Part shown: positions 54,107 to 63,252 of the stretch, in pieces | How the letters are laid out: each line of letters starts with the position of its first letter | Position numbering within the stretch: the stretch's first letter is position 1 | Source: Spirochaetales bacterium | GTDB lineage: Bacteria > Spirochaetota > Spirochaetia > JABEVK01 | Direction: 5' to 3' | Assembly (NCBI GenBank): GCA_037142615.1 | Contig: JBAXAI010000016.1 | Span: 463-64,462, forward strand | Length of the DNA: 64,000 nucleotides | Made by a program: the position numbers and the translations under genes | The notes under the pieces: generated by a model | Database searches by the model: none | Told to the model about the DNA's origin: nothing | Seen by the model: the letters and a program-made list of their open reading frames with translations, nothing else

Positions 54107-55335
54107 AAGTCTGGTTCAAGATTCTCGTCGGGACGCTGTTGGGCCTGATCCTCGGTGTTTTTCTGCCGCTTCCAGCCCACGGGGATTCGTCGGTCTTGTT
54201 CCAGTTCAACGATTTCATTGTGAGCTTGGGTCGGTATGCGTTGTTCCCGTTTGTGTTCTTTTCGGCCGCCGTGGCCGTGGGTGACCTCAACCGCTCGGGC
54301 CGGCTACGGTCGGTGCTGGTGCGCAGCCTCATCTACATGTTTCTGGCCAGTTTGCTGTTGGTGCTCATCGGCGCGCTGTTCATCCTGTTGTTCAGTCCTG
54401 AGCGCATTCCGATCACCAGCCGCCGCGAAACCGAGCTGATCTTTCGCAGTTGGAACGACACGCTGGCCAATCTGGTGCCCAAGAACCTGTTCCAGATCCT
54501 CACCGGCGGGGCGGACTTTTTGTTGCCGTTGTACGCCCTGAGTTTCCTGCTGGGCTTGCACTTCCACTTCGACCGCACGGTCACCGAGCCCACGGTGAAT
54601 CTTTTCGACTCTTTGAGCCGCATCTTCTACCACCTTAACAGTTTCGTCGTCGAGGTGCTGGGCTGGGGCATGATCGTGCTCGGCGCGGCCTGGCTGGTGC
54701 AGATCCGCTTGATTCAAGACATTTCGCTGTACTTTCAAATCTTCGCGGTGCTGCTGGTGGCGACGTTGTTTGTGCTGCTGGTCGTGTTGCCGTTGTTGCT
54801 GTTCCTGCTGGTTGACCGGAAGAACCCTTTTCCGTGGATTTTCGGCCTGATGGGCGCGGGAATCGGCGCGTTCTTTTCGGGCGATTCGTTTTTTTCGCTC
54901 AGCCTGGCGACGCGCATGACGCGTGAGAACTTGGGAGTGCCCCGCAAGGTAGGTGCGGTGAACCTGCCGCTCTTCTCGATGTTCGGCCGGGCCGGGACGG
55001 CGTTGACCTCGACCATCGCGTTTTTCATCATTCTCAAGAGCTATTCCAGCCTCGAGATCTCGCTTGACCAGATTCTGTGGACGATCAGCTTCGCCTTTTT
55101 GCTCAGCTTTGCCCTGCCTTCGGTGCCTGGCCTAGGGGCCTACATCAACCTGTCGCTGTTGTGTTCGTTCTACGGAAAAGGGCTCGAAAACGGCTACCTG
55201 AACCTGCAACCAATTTTACCGGTGTTGGTCAGCTTTTCGGCGCTGCTCGACGTGTATTTGGCCAGCTTCTGCTCATTCCTCGTGACTCGTCACGAAAACC
55301 TGCAAAAAGAGATTCCGCCGAATCAGTTCATCTAG
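54103..55335 (+). CDS. divergent dicarboxylate/amino acid:cation symporter (DAACS)-like membrane protein
   Basis: MKVWFKILVGTLLGLILGVFLP start. The SLSLATRMTRENLGVPRKVGAVNLPLFSMFGRAGTAL region parallels the DAACS SSSxxTLP ... NMDGTAL segments. About 10 hydrophobic segments. Confidence 0.6.
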   Translation: MKVWFKILVGTLLGLILGVFLPLPAHGDSSVLFQFNDFIVSLGRYALFPFVFFSAAVAVGDLNRSGRLRSVLVRSLIYMFLASLLLVLIGALFILLFSPERIPITSRRETELIFRSWNDTLANLVPKNLFQILTGGADFLLPLYALSFLLGLHFHFDRTVTEPTVNLFDSLSRIFYHLNSFVVEVLGWGMIVLGAAWLVQIRLIQDISLYFQIFAVLLVATLFVLLVVLPLLLFLLVDRKNPFPWIFGLMGAGIGAFFSGDSFFSLSLATRMTRENLGVPRKVGAVNLPLFSMFGRAGTALTSTIAFFIILKSYSSLEISLDQILWTISFAFLLSFALPSVPGLGAYINLSLLCSFYGKGLENGYLNLQPILPVLVSFSALLDVYLASFCSFLVTRHENLQKEIPPNQFI

Positions 55336-55343
55336 GGGGCGTC

Positions 55344-55721
55344 ATGGACACCATCAATTTGGCTAAGGCCTGCCGTCTCATGGACGGCGACAAGAGTCTG
55401 TTCAACGATTTGTTTCAAGTGATCGAACGGTCGCTGGAAGAACGCTATGAACGCCTGGAGGCAGCCCTCGCCTCCGAATCTGCCGAAGACCTGGAAATGT
55501 ACGCTCACCAACTGAAGGGAGCGTTGCGCAACGTGGCGGCCGATGCCGCGTGCGAACTGCTGTTTCAACTGGAAAAATGCGGCCTAGGCAACGATTTCGC
55601 TCTGGCCAAGCAGGTGTACCCGCAGGTGCGGCCTGCCGTCAACGATTTGCTGACGGCGTTCCGGTCGCGAACTTGGGAAGTGGCCTTTGCGGAGTACACC
55701 AAGGCAGGTGGAACTACTTGA
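55344..55721 (+). CDS. stand-alone Hpt phosphotransfer protein
   Basis: Trimmed to ATG-55344. EMYAHQLKGALRNVAA (HxxKG). 125 aa four-helix-bundle size. Confidence 0.7.
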   Translation: MDTINLAKACRLMDGDKSLFNDLFQVIERSLEERYERLEAALASESAEDLEMYAHQLKGALRNVAADAACELLFQLEKCGLGNDFALAKQVYPQVRPAVNDLLTAFRSRTWEVAFAEYTKAGGTT

Positions 55722-56835
55722 GGTAGGTCAGCGCCAACGGCACGGGGCTGAGGTGCACCTCACCTGCCACGTTGTCGCTGAACAGTCCGGCCTTCTCGAG
55801 GGTCTCGAGCAGGATATCCACCATAGGTTGGGCCACCGTCATCAGGCTGACTTCCCGGGCTGGGCTCGCAGCCGACGGGGACGCCGCCTCATTGAGCTGC
55901 ACATGCCGTTGTTGCGAGATGGTTGCCCCGGTGGCTCCGGCATCCATGGCGGCCTTGGTGAGCGGCTCAGCGTAACCCTCGTTGCAGATCATGGCAAAGT
56001 TCACGAGGTTGCGGAGAAACTTGCGTCCTGAGGTCTGCCCCCCTTTCTCGGACAGGGTCTTTCGCCTCCATTCCGTGCCACCCTTGAGGTCGTCGAGAGC
56101 CGAGACTATCTGCTCGACGCTGGCTGCCTGACTGGTGTTGCCGTCGGAGAACCGGGTGTTCAGCAGACCGGAGCGCAGCGGGTAGAGGTAAATGAAGCCC
56201 TTGCCCGGTTGGTCGAGTTGACCCGCCGAGACCATCATTTCCATCACTGTCTCGGCCTCGCTCGCGTCCACGATGAGGGTACTGACTTCCTTTTCCGCGG
56301 GCACCAGGACGCGCCACAGACCCAGACGGTTGCGAAGGCCGGTTCCGACACCGAAGGTGACCAGGGGAACTGCGGTTCCGGTGTTCAAGCCGATGGTGGC
56401 CACGGCGTTGGCCTCGCCCTTCTGGGTGATGCAGGCAATGCCCATGAGGTTGGAAGCAAAGACCCTGCGTTCTCCCGGCTCGAGGCTGAGCTTCGCAGGC
56501 GGACCACCGCTGGACCGGGGTACCGTGACGCTGCGCGAGTACAGCGAGCCACGACCTGGATCGTCGATCCGCAGCTTGTGGGCAAGGTGAGTCATGACCT
56601 CAGCCTCCTGCTCGGGCGTCACCAGAAAGCTGAACCGTTCGGCGGCGTCTTCGACCAGAGCCGTCTTGGTGGAAAGCAACTTTTTGAGGCCCTCGACAGG
56701 CTTGAGGACCAAGGATCTTCCGAGCTCGACGCTGACGTTGTTCAGCCCGATGGCCTTGAGCTCGTCGAGCACCTTCCGGGTGAAGATCTTGTCGATGACC
56801 AAGGTCACCTTGCTCAGTTCTTTGTTGGGTTCCAT
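55714..56835 (-). CDS. P-II-like (GlnB-superfamily) multi-domain protein partnered with DUF1538
   Basis: Lies immediately downstream of the DUF1538 gene, the position usually taken by a ~110-aa P-II-like protein. Three beta-alpha-beta-like segments: KVTLVIDKIFTRKVLDELKAIG..., LMGIACITQKGEANAV...GVGTG, and LVNFAMICNEGYAEPL... Tentative. Confidence 0.4.
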   Translation of the reverse strand: MEPNKELSKVTLVIDKIFTRKVLDELKAIGLNNVSVELGRSLVLKPVEGLKKLLSTKTALVEDAAERFSFLVTPEQEAEVMTHLAHKLRIDDPGRGSLYSRSVTVPRSSGGPPAKLSLEPGERRVFASNLMGIACITQKGEANAVATIGLNTGTAVPLVTFGVGTGLRNRLGLWRVLVPAEKEVSTLIVDASEAETVMEMMVSAGQLDQPGKGFIYLYPLRSGLLNTRFSDGNTSQAASVEQIVSALDDLKGGTEWRRKTLSEKGGQTSGRKFLRNLVNFAMICNEGYAEPLTKAAMDAGATGATISQQRHVQLNEAASPSAASPAREVSLMTVAQPMVDILLETLEKAGLFSDNVAGEVHLSPVPLALTYLK

Positions 56836-56847
56836 AGGTTGATTTCC

Positions 56848-58464
56848 TTATTTGGCCGCGACTTGGCGCAACGCCGCCTTGCGCCGGTTGACGATCAGGC
56901 CCACGGTGAGCACCGCCAGAATGGGGTATGCCGAGGCGCTGGCCAGGATTCCGAAGCCTTCGACGGCCCCTACCTGCCCCGAGATTCCCAAACCCATCGC
57001 CAACACCAAGGGCACGGTGATGGGGCCGGTGGTCACCCCGGCGCTATCCCAGCCGATGTTGACAAACTCCTCGGTGGAGAAAAACGTCAGGACCATGAGC
57101 ACGAGGTAGGGAGGGCCGATGAGCCAGAGCAGAGGGATGCCCCAAATGATCTTGACGACTCCCACCGCAATGCCGACACCCACGCCGAAGGCCACGGTCT
57201 GCATCAGGAGGCTCTTCTTGAACGCGCCGACTGTAAGCACCTCGACGGTGGTGCCCAGCGCGTTCAGCGCGGGCTCGGCTAGCGTGGCGCCGTACCCCAT
57301 GATGAAGGCAAAAAGCAGCACCAAGAGGAAGCCAAGTGGATTGTCCTCGCTGCCAAACAGCGGCCCCTTGGTAGGCACGTAGTTGTAGCTGCCGGTGGCT
57401 TTGTCGAGGGAAGCCGCGTGGTAGGGAATGGCGACGTAGGCGTTGTTCAGGTTGGTATAGAAGAACTGAGACTTGCTGCCATCAGCGGCCACCGCCGTCA
57501 GCAGAACCGCCTCGTCGAAATCGCGCAGCACCTTCGAGGACTCCACCAGCTCGATCTTCTTGAAGGATGAGGGCACTTTTGAGCCGACCTGATTGCCCAG
57601 CTTGGACAAACCGAGCTCTATGCCAACGTTGAACAGGAACATTCCGAACACCGCGAACACCAAGCCGAGCAGGATCTCGTCGGCCCGGGGCAACTTCTCG
57701 CGCAGCAGGAAGAGCAACACGCCCAAGAGGAAGGCAGACAGCGGCAGAATGGCCTGCAGGGCCGAGGCCCCGTTCCTCAGGGTCAGGTCGAGGACGTTGA
57801 TGGAAGCAGTCGAGGTGGAGGTCAGGGCCACGACAGCCTGCTTCAGCGCGGCGTCGTCGGCAAACACCAGGCGCCTCTGGGCATCGCTGCCGTTGTTTAC
57901 AGCCCAAGTCTCGAGTTCCTTCAGGTCGGCCTTGCCCAGCACCCGCAACCTCAGGTCGGCATCGCTGCGAAGCTGCGTCACGAACGCATCCATGCCCTCG
58001 TCGGTGCCGCCGACGAGCTGCTTCTGGGCCTCGACGGTGGCATTCCGGAGGGCGTACCCCATCATGGCGTCCTTGTCGCGGAACAGATTCTCTACCAAGG
58101 GCTGGTTTGCCGGGGCAAAGAACTCTTCCTGGGCCATAGGCTTGGGCACCTGGCCAAGCAATGCGACACCGAGCAGCAGAACGGTGTAGATGGGCAGCAA
58201 CGAAGCCAGCGTGACGACGCCGAAACCGCCGCCCTCGCTGTCGCCTTTGGCCATGACGCGGGTGATGCCGATGCCCAGGGCAAGGACCAACGGTACGGTC
58301 ACCGGACCGGTGGTAACTCCGCCGGTGTCCCAGGCCACGCCCAGAATCAAGTAGAGGTTGGGGTCGAGGGCGCACCAAAGCGAGAACGCCGAAACCAAGG
58401 GAATGCCAATATAAAGGAACGGCTTGAGCGACCAGGCGAACATGAACCGCAACATGCCTAGCAC
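56848..58464 (-). CDS. DUF1538-family membrane protein, main part (end of repeat 1, ~130-aa soluble insert, complete repeat 2)
   Basis: WDTGGVTTGPVTVPLVLALGIG and WDSAGVTTGPITVPLVLAMGLG mark two DUF1538 units. The ORF-track GTG-58464 start is in frame with the upstream fragment, from which it is separated by one TGA plus 34 sense codons. Confidence 0.7.
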   Translation of the reverse strand: MLGMLRFMFAWSLKPFLYIGIPLVSAFSLWCALDPNLYLILGVAWDTGGVTTGPVTVPLVLALGIGITRVMAKGDSEGGGFGVVTLASLLPIYTVLLLGVALLGQVPKPMAQEEFFAPANQPLVENLFRDKDAMMGYALRNATVEAQKQLVGGTDEGMDAFVTQLRSDADLRLRVLGKADLKELETWAVNNGSDAQRRLVFADDAALKQAVVALTSTSTASINVLDLTLRNGASALQAILPLSAFLLGVLLFLLREKLPRADEILLGLVFAVFGMFLFNVGIELGLSKLGNQVGSKVPSSFKKIELVESSKVLRDFDEAVLLTAVAADGSKSQFFYTNLNNAYVAIPYHAASLDKATGSYNYVPTKGPLFGSEDNPLGFLLVLLFAFIMGYGATLAEPALNALGTTVEVLTVGAFKKSLLMQTVAFGVGVGIAVGVVKIIWGIPLLWLIGPPYLVLMVLTFFSTEEFVNIGWDSAGVTTGPITVPLVLAMGLGISGQVGAVEGFGILASASAYPILAVLTVGLIVNRRKAALRQVAAK

Positions 58465-58566
58465 GACGGCGATTCCGACCCCGATCCCGACGGCCCACTT
58501 GAGCAGGTCGGCGTATTTGTTGAGAAGGACGAACAGCAGCGGGGCGTCCCACGCCTTGATGAAGGC

Positions 58567-58950
58567 TCACGCCAACTGGAGCACACCGATGGCCGGTTCG
58601 GCGAAGGTGACACCTACGCCGAGAATGAACGAGAACCCGAGGATGACGGGCAGCTTGGTCTTCTGAGGTAGGCGGATGCCAATGGTTTCTCCCAAGGGCA
58701 TGAGCCCCAGAAACAGGCCCTCCATGAAAAAGGCCAGACCTACCACAATGACGCTGATACCCACGGCGATCACGGCCGACTCGGCGATGGCGATTCCGAG
58801 CACCAGCGTCTGGAAGGCAATCAGGTACGCAACAATGAGCGCTACGGCCTGAACCTGCTCCATGAGCTTTTTGCGCAGGTAGGGAAGCAGTAGGTTGAGC
58901 TTCTCGGGCAGAGACAGACGAACACGTTCCAAAGTCGACCTCCGGGTCAC
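58567..58950 (-). CDS. DUF1538-family membrane protein, N-terminal fragment ending at an in-frame TGA
   Basis: TM helices plus the conserved FAEPAIGVLQLA, then TGA (58569-58567). GGAGG 6 nt before TTG-58932 may be the true start. This is probably one gene with 56848..58464. Confidence 0.6.
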   Translation of the reverse strand: MTRRSTLERVRLSLPEKLNLLLPYLRKKLMEQVQAVALIVAYLIAFQTLVLGIAIAESAVIAVGISVIVVGLAFFMEGLFLGLMPLGETIGIRLPQKTKLPVILGFSFILGVGVTFAEPAIGVLQLA

Positions 58951-58997
58951 TGGAGCAACCCTGCTTAAGTATTGGAGATTTGTGTTCTCACGTCAAA

Positions 58998-59684
58998 TCA
59001 TTCGATGGGATAATCGCGTACAGAAAGAATGCGAACCTGAAAGCTGGCCGTGCACTTGTAGCGCCCGGCATCGAGGGTGTAGAGGGGCACCTGGCGAAGC
59101 AAGGCCTCACCTCGGATCTCTTGCGGTTTGTTGTACACCTTGGGCCTGAGCAGGTTGCGGACGGCCTCTTTGAGCGCCTGGCTGAGGGCGGCGACGCGGC
59201 TTTCAGTACGGTCTATCACCGGCGAGTACCCGGTGCCGGCCGCTTGGTCGAGGTTGAAACTCGCCCAGGACTGGCGCCTCCCGGCCTCGAAATCGGCCAT
59301 GCGGTAGCGGAAGAGCACGGTGAGCACCGAGGTCTTGGCGTCAAAACGGGTTTGTGCCACCTCGACCCTCCGCGAGCCCTTCTGAATCTCGAACACCGGC
59401 TTCACATCGAGCACTTCGTTGGCCTGCCGTGCTTTATCGCTGGGTTTGTAGGTGAAGCTCCAGCCGTAAATCATTCCCGAAAAGACGGTTCGCATCTCTT
59501 CGAGCAGCGAGTCGAGCTTGGCGTTGTCGGGCGGCCGCGCTTCCAGTTCGCCAGGGGTGATGGGCTCGAAGGGCAGCCACATTTCGCCCTGAAGGACGGT
59601 GGATTGGAACTCTTCCTGGGCGGTTAGGACGGCAGGAAGCAGCAGAGACAAGGCCAACACCAATAGGATAGCGCGAAGAATCAT
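58998..59684 (-). CDS. secreted hypothetical protein
   Basis: Signal peptide MILRAILLVLALSLLLPAVLTAQ. ATGA overlap with the rhomboid gene. No domain recognised. Confidence 0.55.
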   Translation of the reverse strand: MILRAILLVLALSLLLPAVLTAQEEFQSTVLQGEMWLPFEPITPGELEARPPDNAKLDSLLEEMRTVFSGMIYGWSFTYKPSDKARQANEVLDVKPVFEIQKGSRRVEVAQTRFDAKTSVLTVLFRYRMADFEAGRRQSWASFNLDQAAGTGYSPVIDRTESRVAALSQALKEAVRNLLRPKVYNKPQEIRGEALLRQVPLYTLDAGRYKCTASFQVRILSVRDYPIE

Positions 59685-60472
59685 GACCTATACACGGTCC
59701 AGGCATTCATTCGATAGCGGATCAGCAGATAGAAGAAGGCAAATACAAAGCCTGCCAAGTGGGTGAGATTGGAGACTCCGCCAATCGGGTTGATGGCCTC
59801 TGAGATGACATCCAGCGTTCCGAAAAGAAAGACAATGTGGAACGGATTGCGCATCCACTCTGGCCGGAAGACTACCGCTACAACCACGATAACGTTAGCG
59901 GCTTGAACGAGACTGACGAGAGAGAACAAGGGAACCGCGCCGGCAATCACCAAGCCAGAGTACTGGATTGCTCCAAAGACAAGCGAGAACGCAAATGGAA
60001 TGAAGAGGTTCCTGCCCTCGAATCCGAAAACCGCGTAGGCGAGAATGAGGGCGTAGATGGCTCCGGAAGATCCCAAGAGAAACGTCAGGTGCAGGCCCGT
60101 CACACTTCCGACCAGCAGGTAGACTAATCCCGACAGAGTACCGCAGACGAGATAGAAGGTGAGAAACTCGTAGCTTCTCATACGTTGCTCGACTGCCATA
60201 CCAGCGATGGCCAGAAAAACCATGTTGTAAAGTATGTGACTGAAGTTGGTATGCACGAACATGTAGGTCACGAGTTGCCACCATGCCCCCTCGCCATAGA
60301 CTGCAGCCGGCTGGAGGGCCAGGACTCCAACGAGAACTCCGTTAATCTCGGTGAGCAGATACACGACAAGATTGACTGCGATGAGGCCCAACGAAGCGTA
60401 GAAGTGGGCTTGCCCCATTCGCCGCCGCCAGAACGGCGTTTTGCGGAAGGAATCATGACGAGGGTTGCTCAT
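59681..60472 (-). CDS. rhomboid-family intramembrane serine protease
   Basis: The 59681..61567 ORF is trimmed to ATG-60472 (ATGA overlap). FSHILYNMVFL (HxxxN) and the catalytic LLGSSGAIYAL (GxSG). Confidence 0.8.
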   Translation of the reverse strand: MSNPRHDSFRKTPFWRRRMGQAHFYASLGLIAVNLVVYLLTEINGVLVGVLALQPAAVYGEGAWWQLVTYMFVHTNFSHILYNMVFLAIAGMAVEQRMRSYEFLTFYLVCGTLSGLVYLLVGSVTGLHLTFLLGSSGAIYALILAYAVFGFEGRNLFIPFAFSLVFGAIQYSGLVIAGAVPLFSLVSLVQAANVIVVVAVVFRPEWMRNPFHIVFLFGTLDVISEAINPIGGVSNLTHLAGFVFAFFYLLIRYRMNAWTVYRS

Positions 60473-61530
60473 TGCTTCAGCCCCTCCCAGAAGGTGTTGA
60501 CCAAAAAGCGCATGCTCTGGTTGGCCTCGCCGGCCGGGAAGTTGTCGAGCTTGCCCAGAACGGCTTTCAGCAGGCCTTCGCCGTACTGATAGGCTGCGTC
60601 GAGCCCGCCCGAAGCCTCCATGAGCGCGATGGCCTGTTCGATGAGCGGCTGCGTGGGGCGACCCGCGGCGTGCTCGAGGTTCACCCGCTCGAACAGGGCC
60701 ATGAGCGCAGCGCCCTTGTCGGTGGCTTTTTCGGCGTGGAAGAGCACCGGCAGGCTCTTTTTGCCCTCGATGATGTCGTCGCCGCGCAACTTGCCGGGGT
60801 TGCCGGTGACGAGGTTCTTCACGTCGTCGAGAATCTGGAACCCGACGCCGATGTCTTCCCACAGGTCGCCGACAGCTTCGATAGCCCGGTCGTCGGCTCC
60901 CGCGGCGGCGGCCCCGATCTCGGCAGCCAAGCGGCTGAGGGCACCGGTCTTGAAGCGGCACATTTGCAGGTATTCGTCGCGGCTGGGAATCAGGTCGTGG
61001 TCGTTGTGCCACTGGATGTCGAGGCCCTGGCCGAAGTGCAGGCGGCGCATGACGCGCAGGTAGTACTTCATCACGCGGAACTGGCGGTCTTCGCTCAGGC
61101 CGCTGGACTCGATGAAGTAAGTGGGAGCAAAGTACAGGAAGTTGCCGGTGTTGATGGCCATGTCGATGCCGTGGGCCAGGTGGATGGCGGGGCCACCTCG
61201 GCGCTCGGTGGCCTTGTCTTCGATGTCGTCGATGATGAGGCTGCCGTTGTGCGGCAACTCGACCAAGGCCGTCAGTTTGTCGATGGAAGGCAGGGTGCCG
61301 CCGTAGAGCTCGTGGGCCAAAATCATCACCAGCGGACGCCAGCGCTTGCCGCCGCGCTCGAGAAGGGTCCAGCCGGGGGCGTTGATGGCGTCGAGGCTTT
61401 CGGACCGCAGTGGCAGGTGAGCTTGCCCGGCCACCAAGCGCCCCCACTCCAAAGTCGTCGCGCGGGGGAAGACGGCGTTCAGGGAGTCTTCTACGATTTG
61501 AAGGCGTCTGGTATACTCGGAGCTCGTCAT
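60469..61530 (-). CDS. polyprenyl diphosphate synthase (trans-IPPS family)
   Basis: First and second Asp-rich motifs LIIDDIEDK and FQILDDVKN. 353 aa. Confidence 0.9.
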   Translation of the reverse strand: MTSSEYTRRLQIVEDSLNAVFPRATTLEWGRLVAGQAHLPLRSESLDAINAPGWTLLERGGKRWRPLVMILAHELYGGTLPSIDKLTALVELPHNGSLIIDDIEDKATERRGGPAIHLAHGIDMAINTGNFLYFAPTYFIESSGLSEDRQFRVMKYYLRVMRRLHFGQGLDIQWHNDHDLIPSRDEYLQMCRFKTGALSRLAAEIGAAAAGADDRAIEAVGDLWEDIGVGFQILDDVKNLVTGNPGKLRGDDIIEGKKSLPVLFHAEKATDKGAALMALFERVNLEHAAGRPTQPLIEQAIALMEASGGLDAAYQYGEGLLKAVLGKLDNFPAGEANQSMRFLVNTFWEGLKQ

Positions 61531-61580
61531 GCAGGGGAATTTCCCCCTTTTGACCCCCGACCGTCAAGGAGCTTTTCCCC

Positions 61581-62177
61581 GTGGGCCGAGAAAAACCCGA
61601 TTTTTATGCCCTGAAAGCTCAAAAAGAAGGCTACCCCGCCCGGTCGGTCTACAAGCTCGAAGAAATCCAGCAGAAGTTCAGCCTGATCAAGAAAGGAAAC
61701 CGCATCCTGGATGTCGGTTCGAGCCCCGGCAGTTGGAGCCTCTACGCGCTGAAACTGCTGGCCGGGACGGGATTTGTCGTGGGCGTCGACCTCACCGCGC
61801 CGGTGCAGACGCCACCGCCCAACGCCTTTTACTTTCAGGGCGACATTTTCGACGCCAAGACCGAGGCCAAGCTGACCGAATACGGCCCCTACGACGTGAT
61901 GCTGAGCGATGCCGCCCCGCTGACGACCGGTAACCGCACCGTCGATACGGGCCGCAGCTACAACCTCTGCGAGCGGGTGATCTTGCTCACCGACACGCAC
62001 CTCAAGCATCAGGGCAACCTGGTGATCAAGGTGTTTCAGGGGGGCGACGAAAAGGCCCTCAAAGAACTCATGCTCGAGCGTTTTGCGGCAGTGAAGGCTC
62101 TGCGCCCGAAGGCCGTCCGCAGCGAAAGTTTTGAGACCTACTTCATCGGAACAGGAAAACGCCATGCTCAAGCTTGA
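61581..62177 (+). CDS. rlmE: 23S rRNA (uridine-2'-O)-methyltransferase RlmE/FtsJ-like
   Basis: GTG start. RSVYKLEEI, SAM-binding ILDVGSSPGSWS, DVMLSDAAP and LVIKVFQG. Confidence 0.85.
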   Translation: MGREKPDFYALKAQKEGYPARSVYKLEEIQQKFSLIKKGNRILDVGSSPGSWSLYALKLLAGTGFVVGVDLTAPVQTPPPNAFYFQGDIFDAKTEAKLTEYGPYDVMLSDAAPLTTGNRTVDTGRSYNLCERVILLTDTHLKHQGNLVIKVFQGGDEKALKELMLERFAAVKALRPKAVRSESFETYFIGTGKRHAQA

Positions 62178-63252
62178 ACTCCGCCCACGGGCGCTGTTGT
62201 CCCTTTGGGGAGGTCTGTCCCTCCTGGGAGGTCTGACCCTCGTCGCCTGCTCAGCCCCTTCGGACACCACCCCCTGGAGCCGCAGCGCGCCCGTGTTCGG
62301 TGAGATCCCGTTCAACCTGACGCTGTACGGAACGGTCGACGAAACGCTGTTCGACGGCGCGCTCGAAAAACTCACCACGCTCGACAAAGAACTGTCGATG
62401 TGGGATCGGCCCTACGTGACCGACGTGATGCGCTTGCACGACGCGGCGGGACTCAAGGCGGTGCAGGTTTCGGCCGACACGATGACCGTGATCCGGCGCG
62501 GACTCGAGGTGGCAAAAGACACCGGCGGAGCCCTCGACATCGCCATCGGCCCGCTGGTGAAGGCCTGGGGCATCGCCACCGACCATCCGCGCGAGCCGGC
62601 TGCCAGCGAAATCGCGGCCCTGCTGCCCATCAGCCATTGGCAAGACGTCGAAGTGGGCAACGAGCCCGCTGGAAAACCGGGCACCGTCAAGCTGGCCAAA
62701 GCCGGCATGGTGGTCGACCTCGGAGGCATCGCCAAGGGCTACGCGGCAGACCTGGTGGCGGCCTACCTGGTGGGCCGGGGAGTCAAGTCGGCCATCGTCG
62801 ACATCGGTGGCAACATTTTGGTGCTGGGGAACAAGCCCGACGGCAAACAGTTCCGCATCGGCATCCAGGACCCGCTTTCCGACAACCGGGGAACCTACCT
62901 CGGCGTGGCCAGCATCACCAACCAGTCGCTGGTGACCAGCGGAACCTACGAGCGCCGGTTCACCGACCCCAAGACCGGCAAAACCTGGCACCACATCCTC
63001 GACCCAGTGACCGGCTACCCGGCCAACAACGAGCTCGACAGCGTGAGCATCATCGGCGACAAGAGCATCGACTGCGATGCGTACGCCAAGGTGTTCGTGA
63101 TGGGCCTCAAAAAGGGCTGGGAATTTTTGAAGACCCACCCGGAACTCCAGGGCATCTTCATCACCACCGACAAGCGGGTGTTTGTGACTCCCGGCCTGGC
63201 CAGTCACTTTTCGCTGACGAACAAAGACTACCAAATGGTGGACCAGCCATGA
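62164..63252 (+). CDS. apbE: FAD:protein FMN transferase (ApbE family) lipoprotein
   Basis: Trimmed to ATG-62164. Lipobox LTLVAC. GGIAKGYAADL and VTSGTYERRF motifs. Confidence 0.85.
   Translation: MLKLELRPRALLSLWGGLSLLGGLTLVACSAPSDTTPWSRSAPVFGEIPFNLTLYGTVDETLFDGALEKLTTLDKELSMWDRPYVTDVMRLHDAAGLKAVQVSADTMTVIRRGLEVAKDTGGALDIAIGPLVKAWGIATDHPREPAASEIAALLPISHWQDVEVGNEPAGKPGTVKLAKAGMVVDLGGIAKGYAADLVAAYLVGRGVKSAIVDIGGNILVLGNKPDGKQFRIGIQDPLSDNRGTYLGVASITNQSLVTSGTYERRFTDPKTGKTWHHILDPVTGYPANNELDSVSIIGDKSIDCDAYAKVFVMGLKKGWEFLKTHPELQGIFITTDKRVFVTPGLASHFSLTNKDYQMVDQP

Noticed and set aside
58567-58569. Selenocysteine as the explanation for the in-frame TGA in the DUF1538 gene.
   Set aside because: Only a 5-bp GGCGT-ggg-ACGCC hairpin follows (starting 11 nt downstream), not a convincing bacterial SECIS. 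The position aligns with Gly in the internal repeat, and a Sec residue in a membrane-transporter loop has no precedent I know of. It cannot be fully excluded without checking for sel genes.
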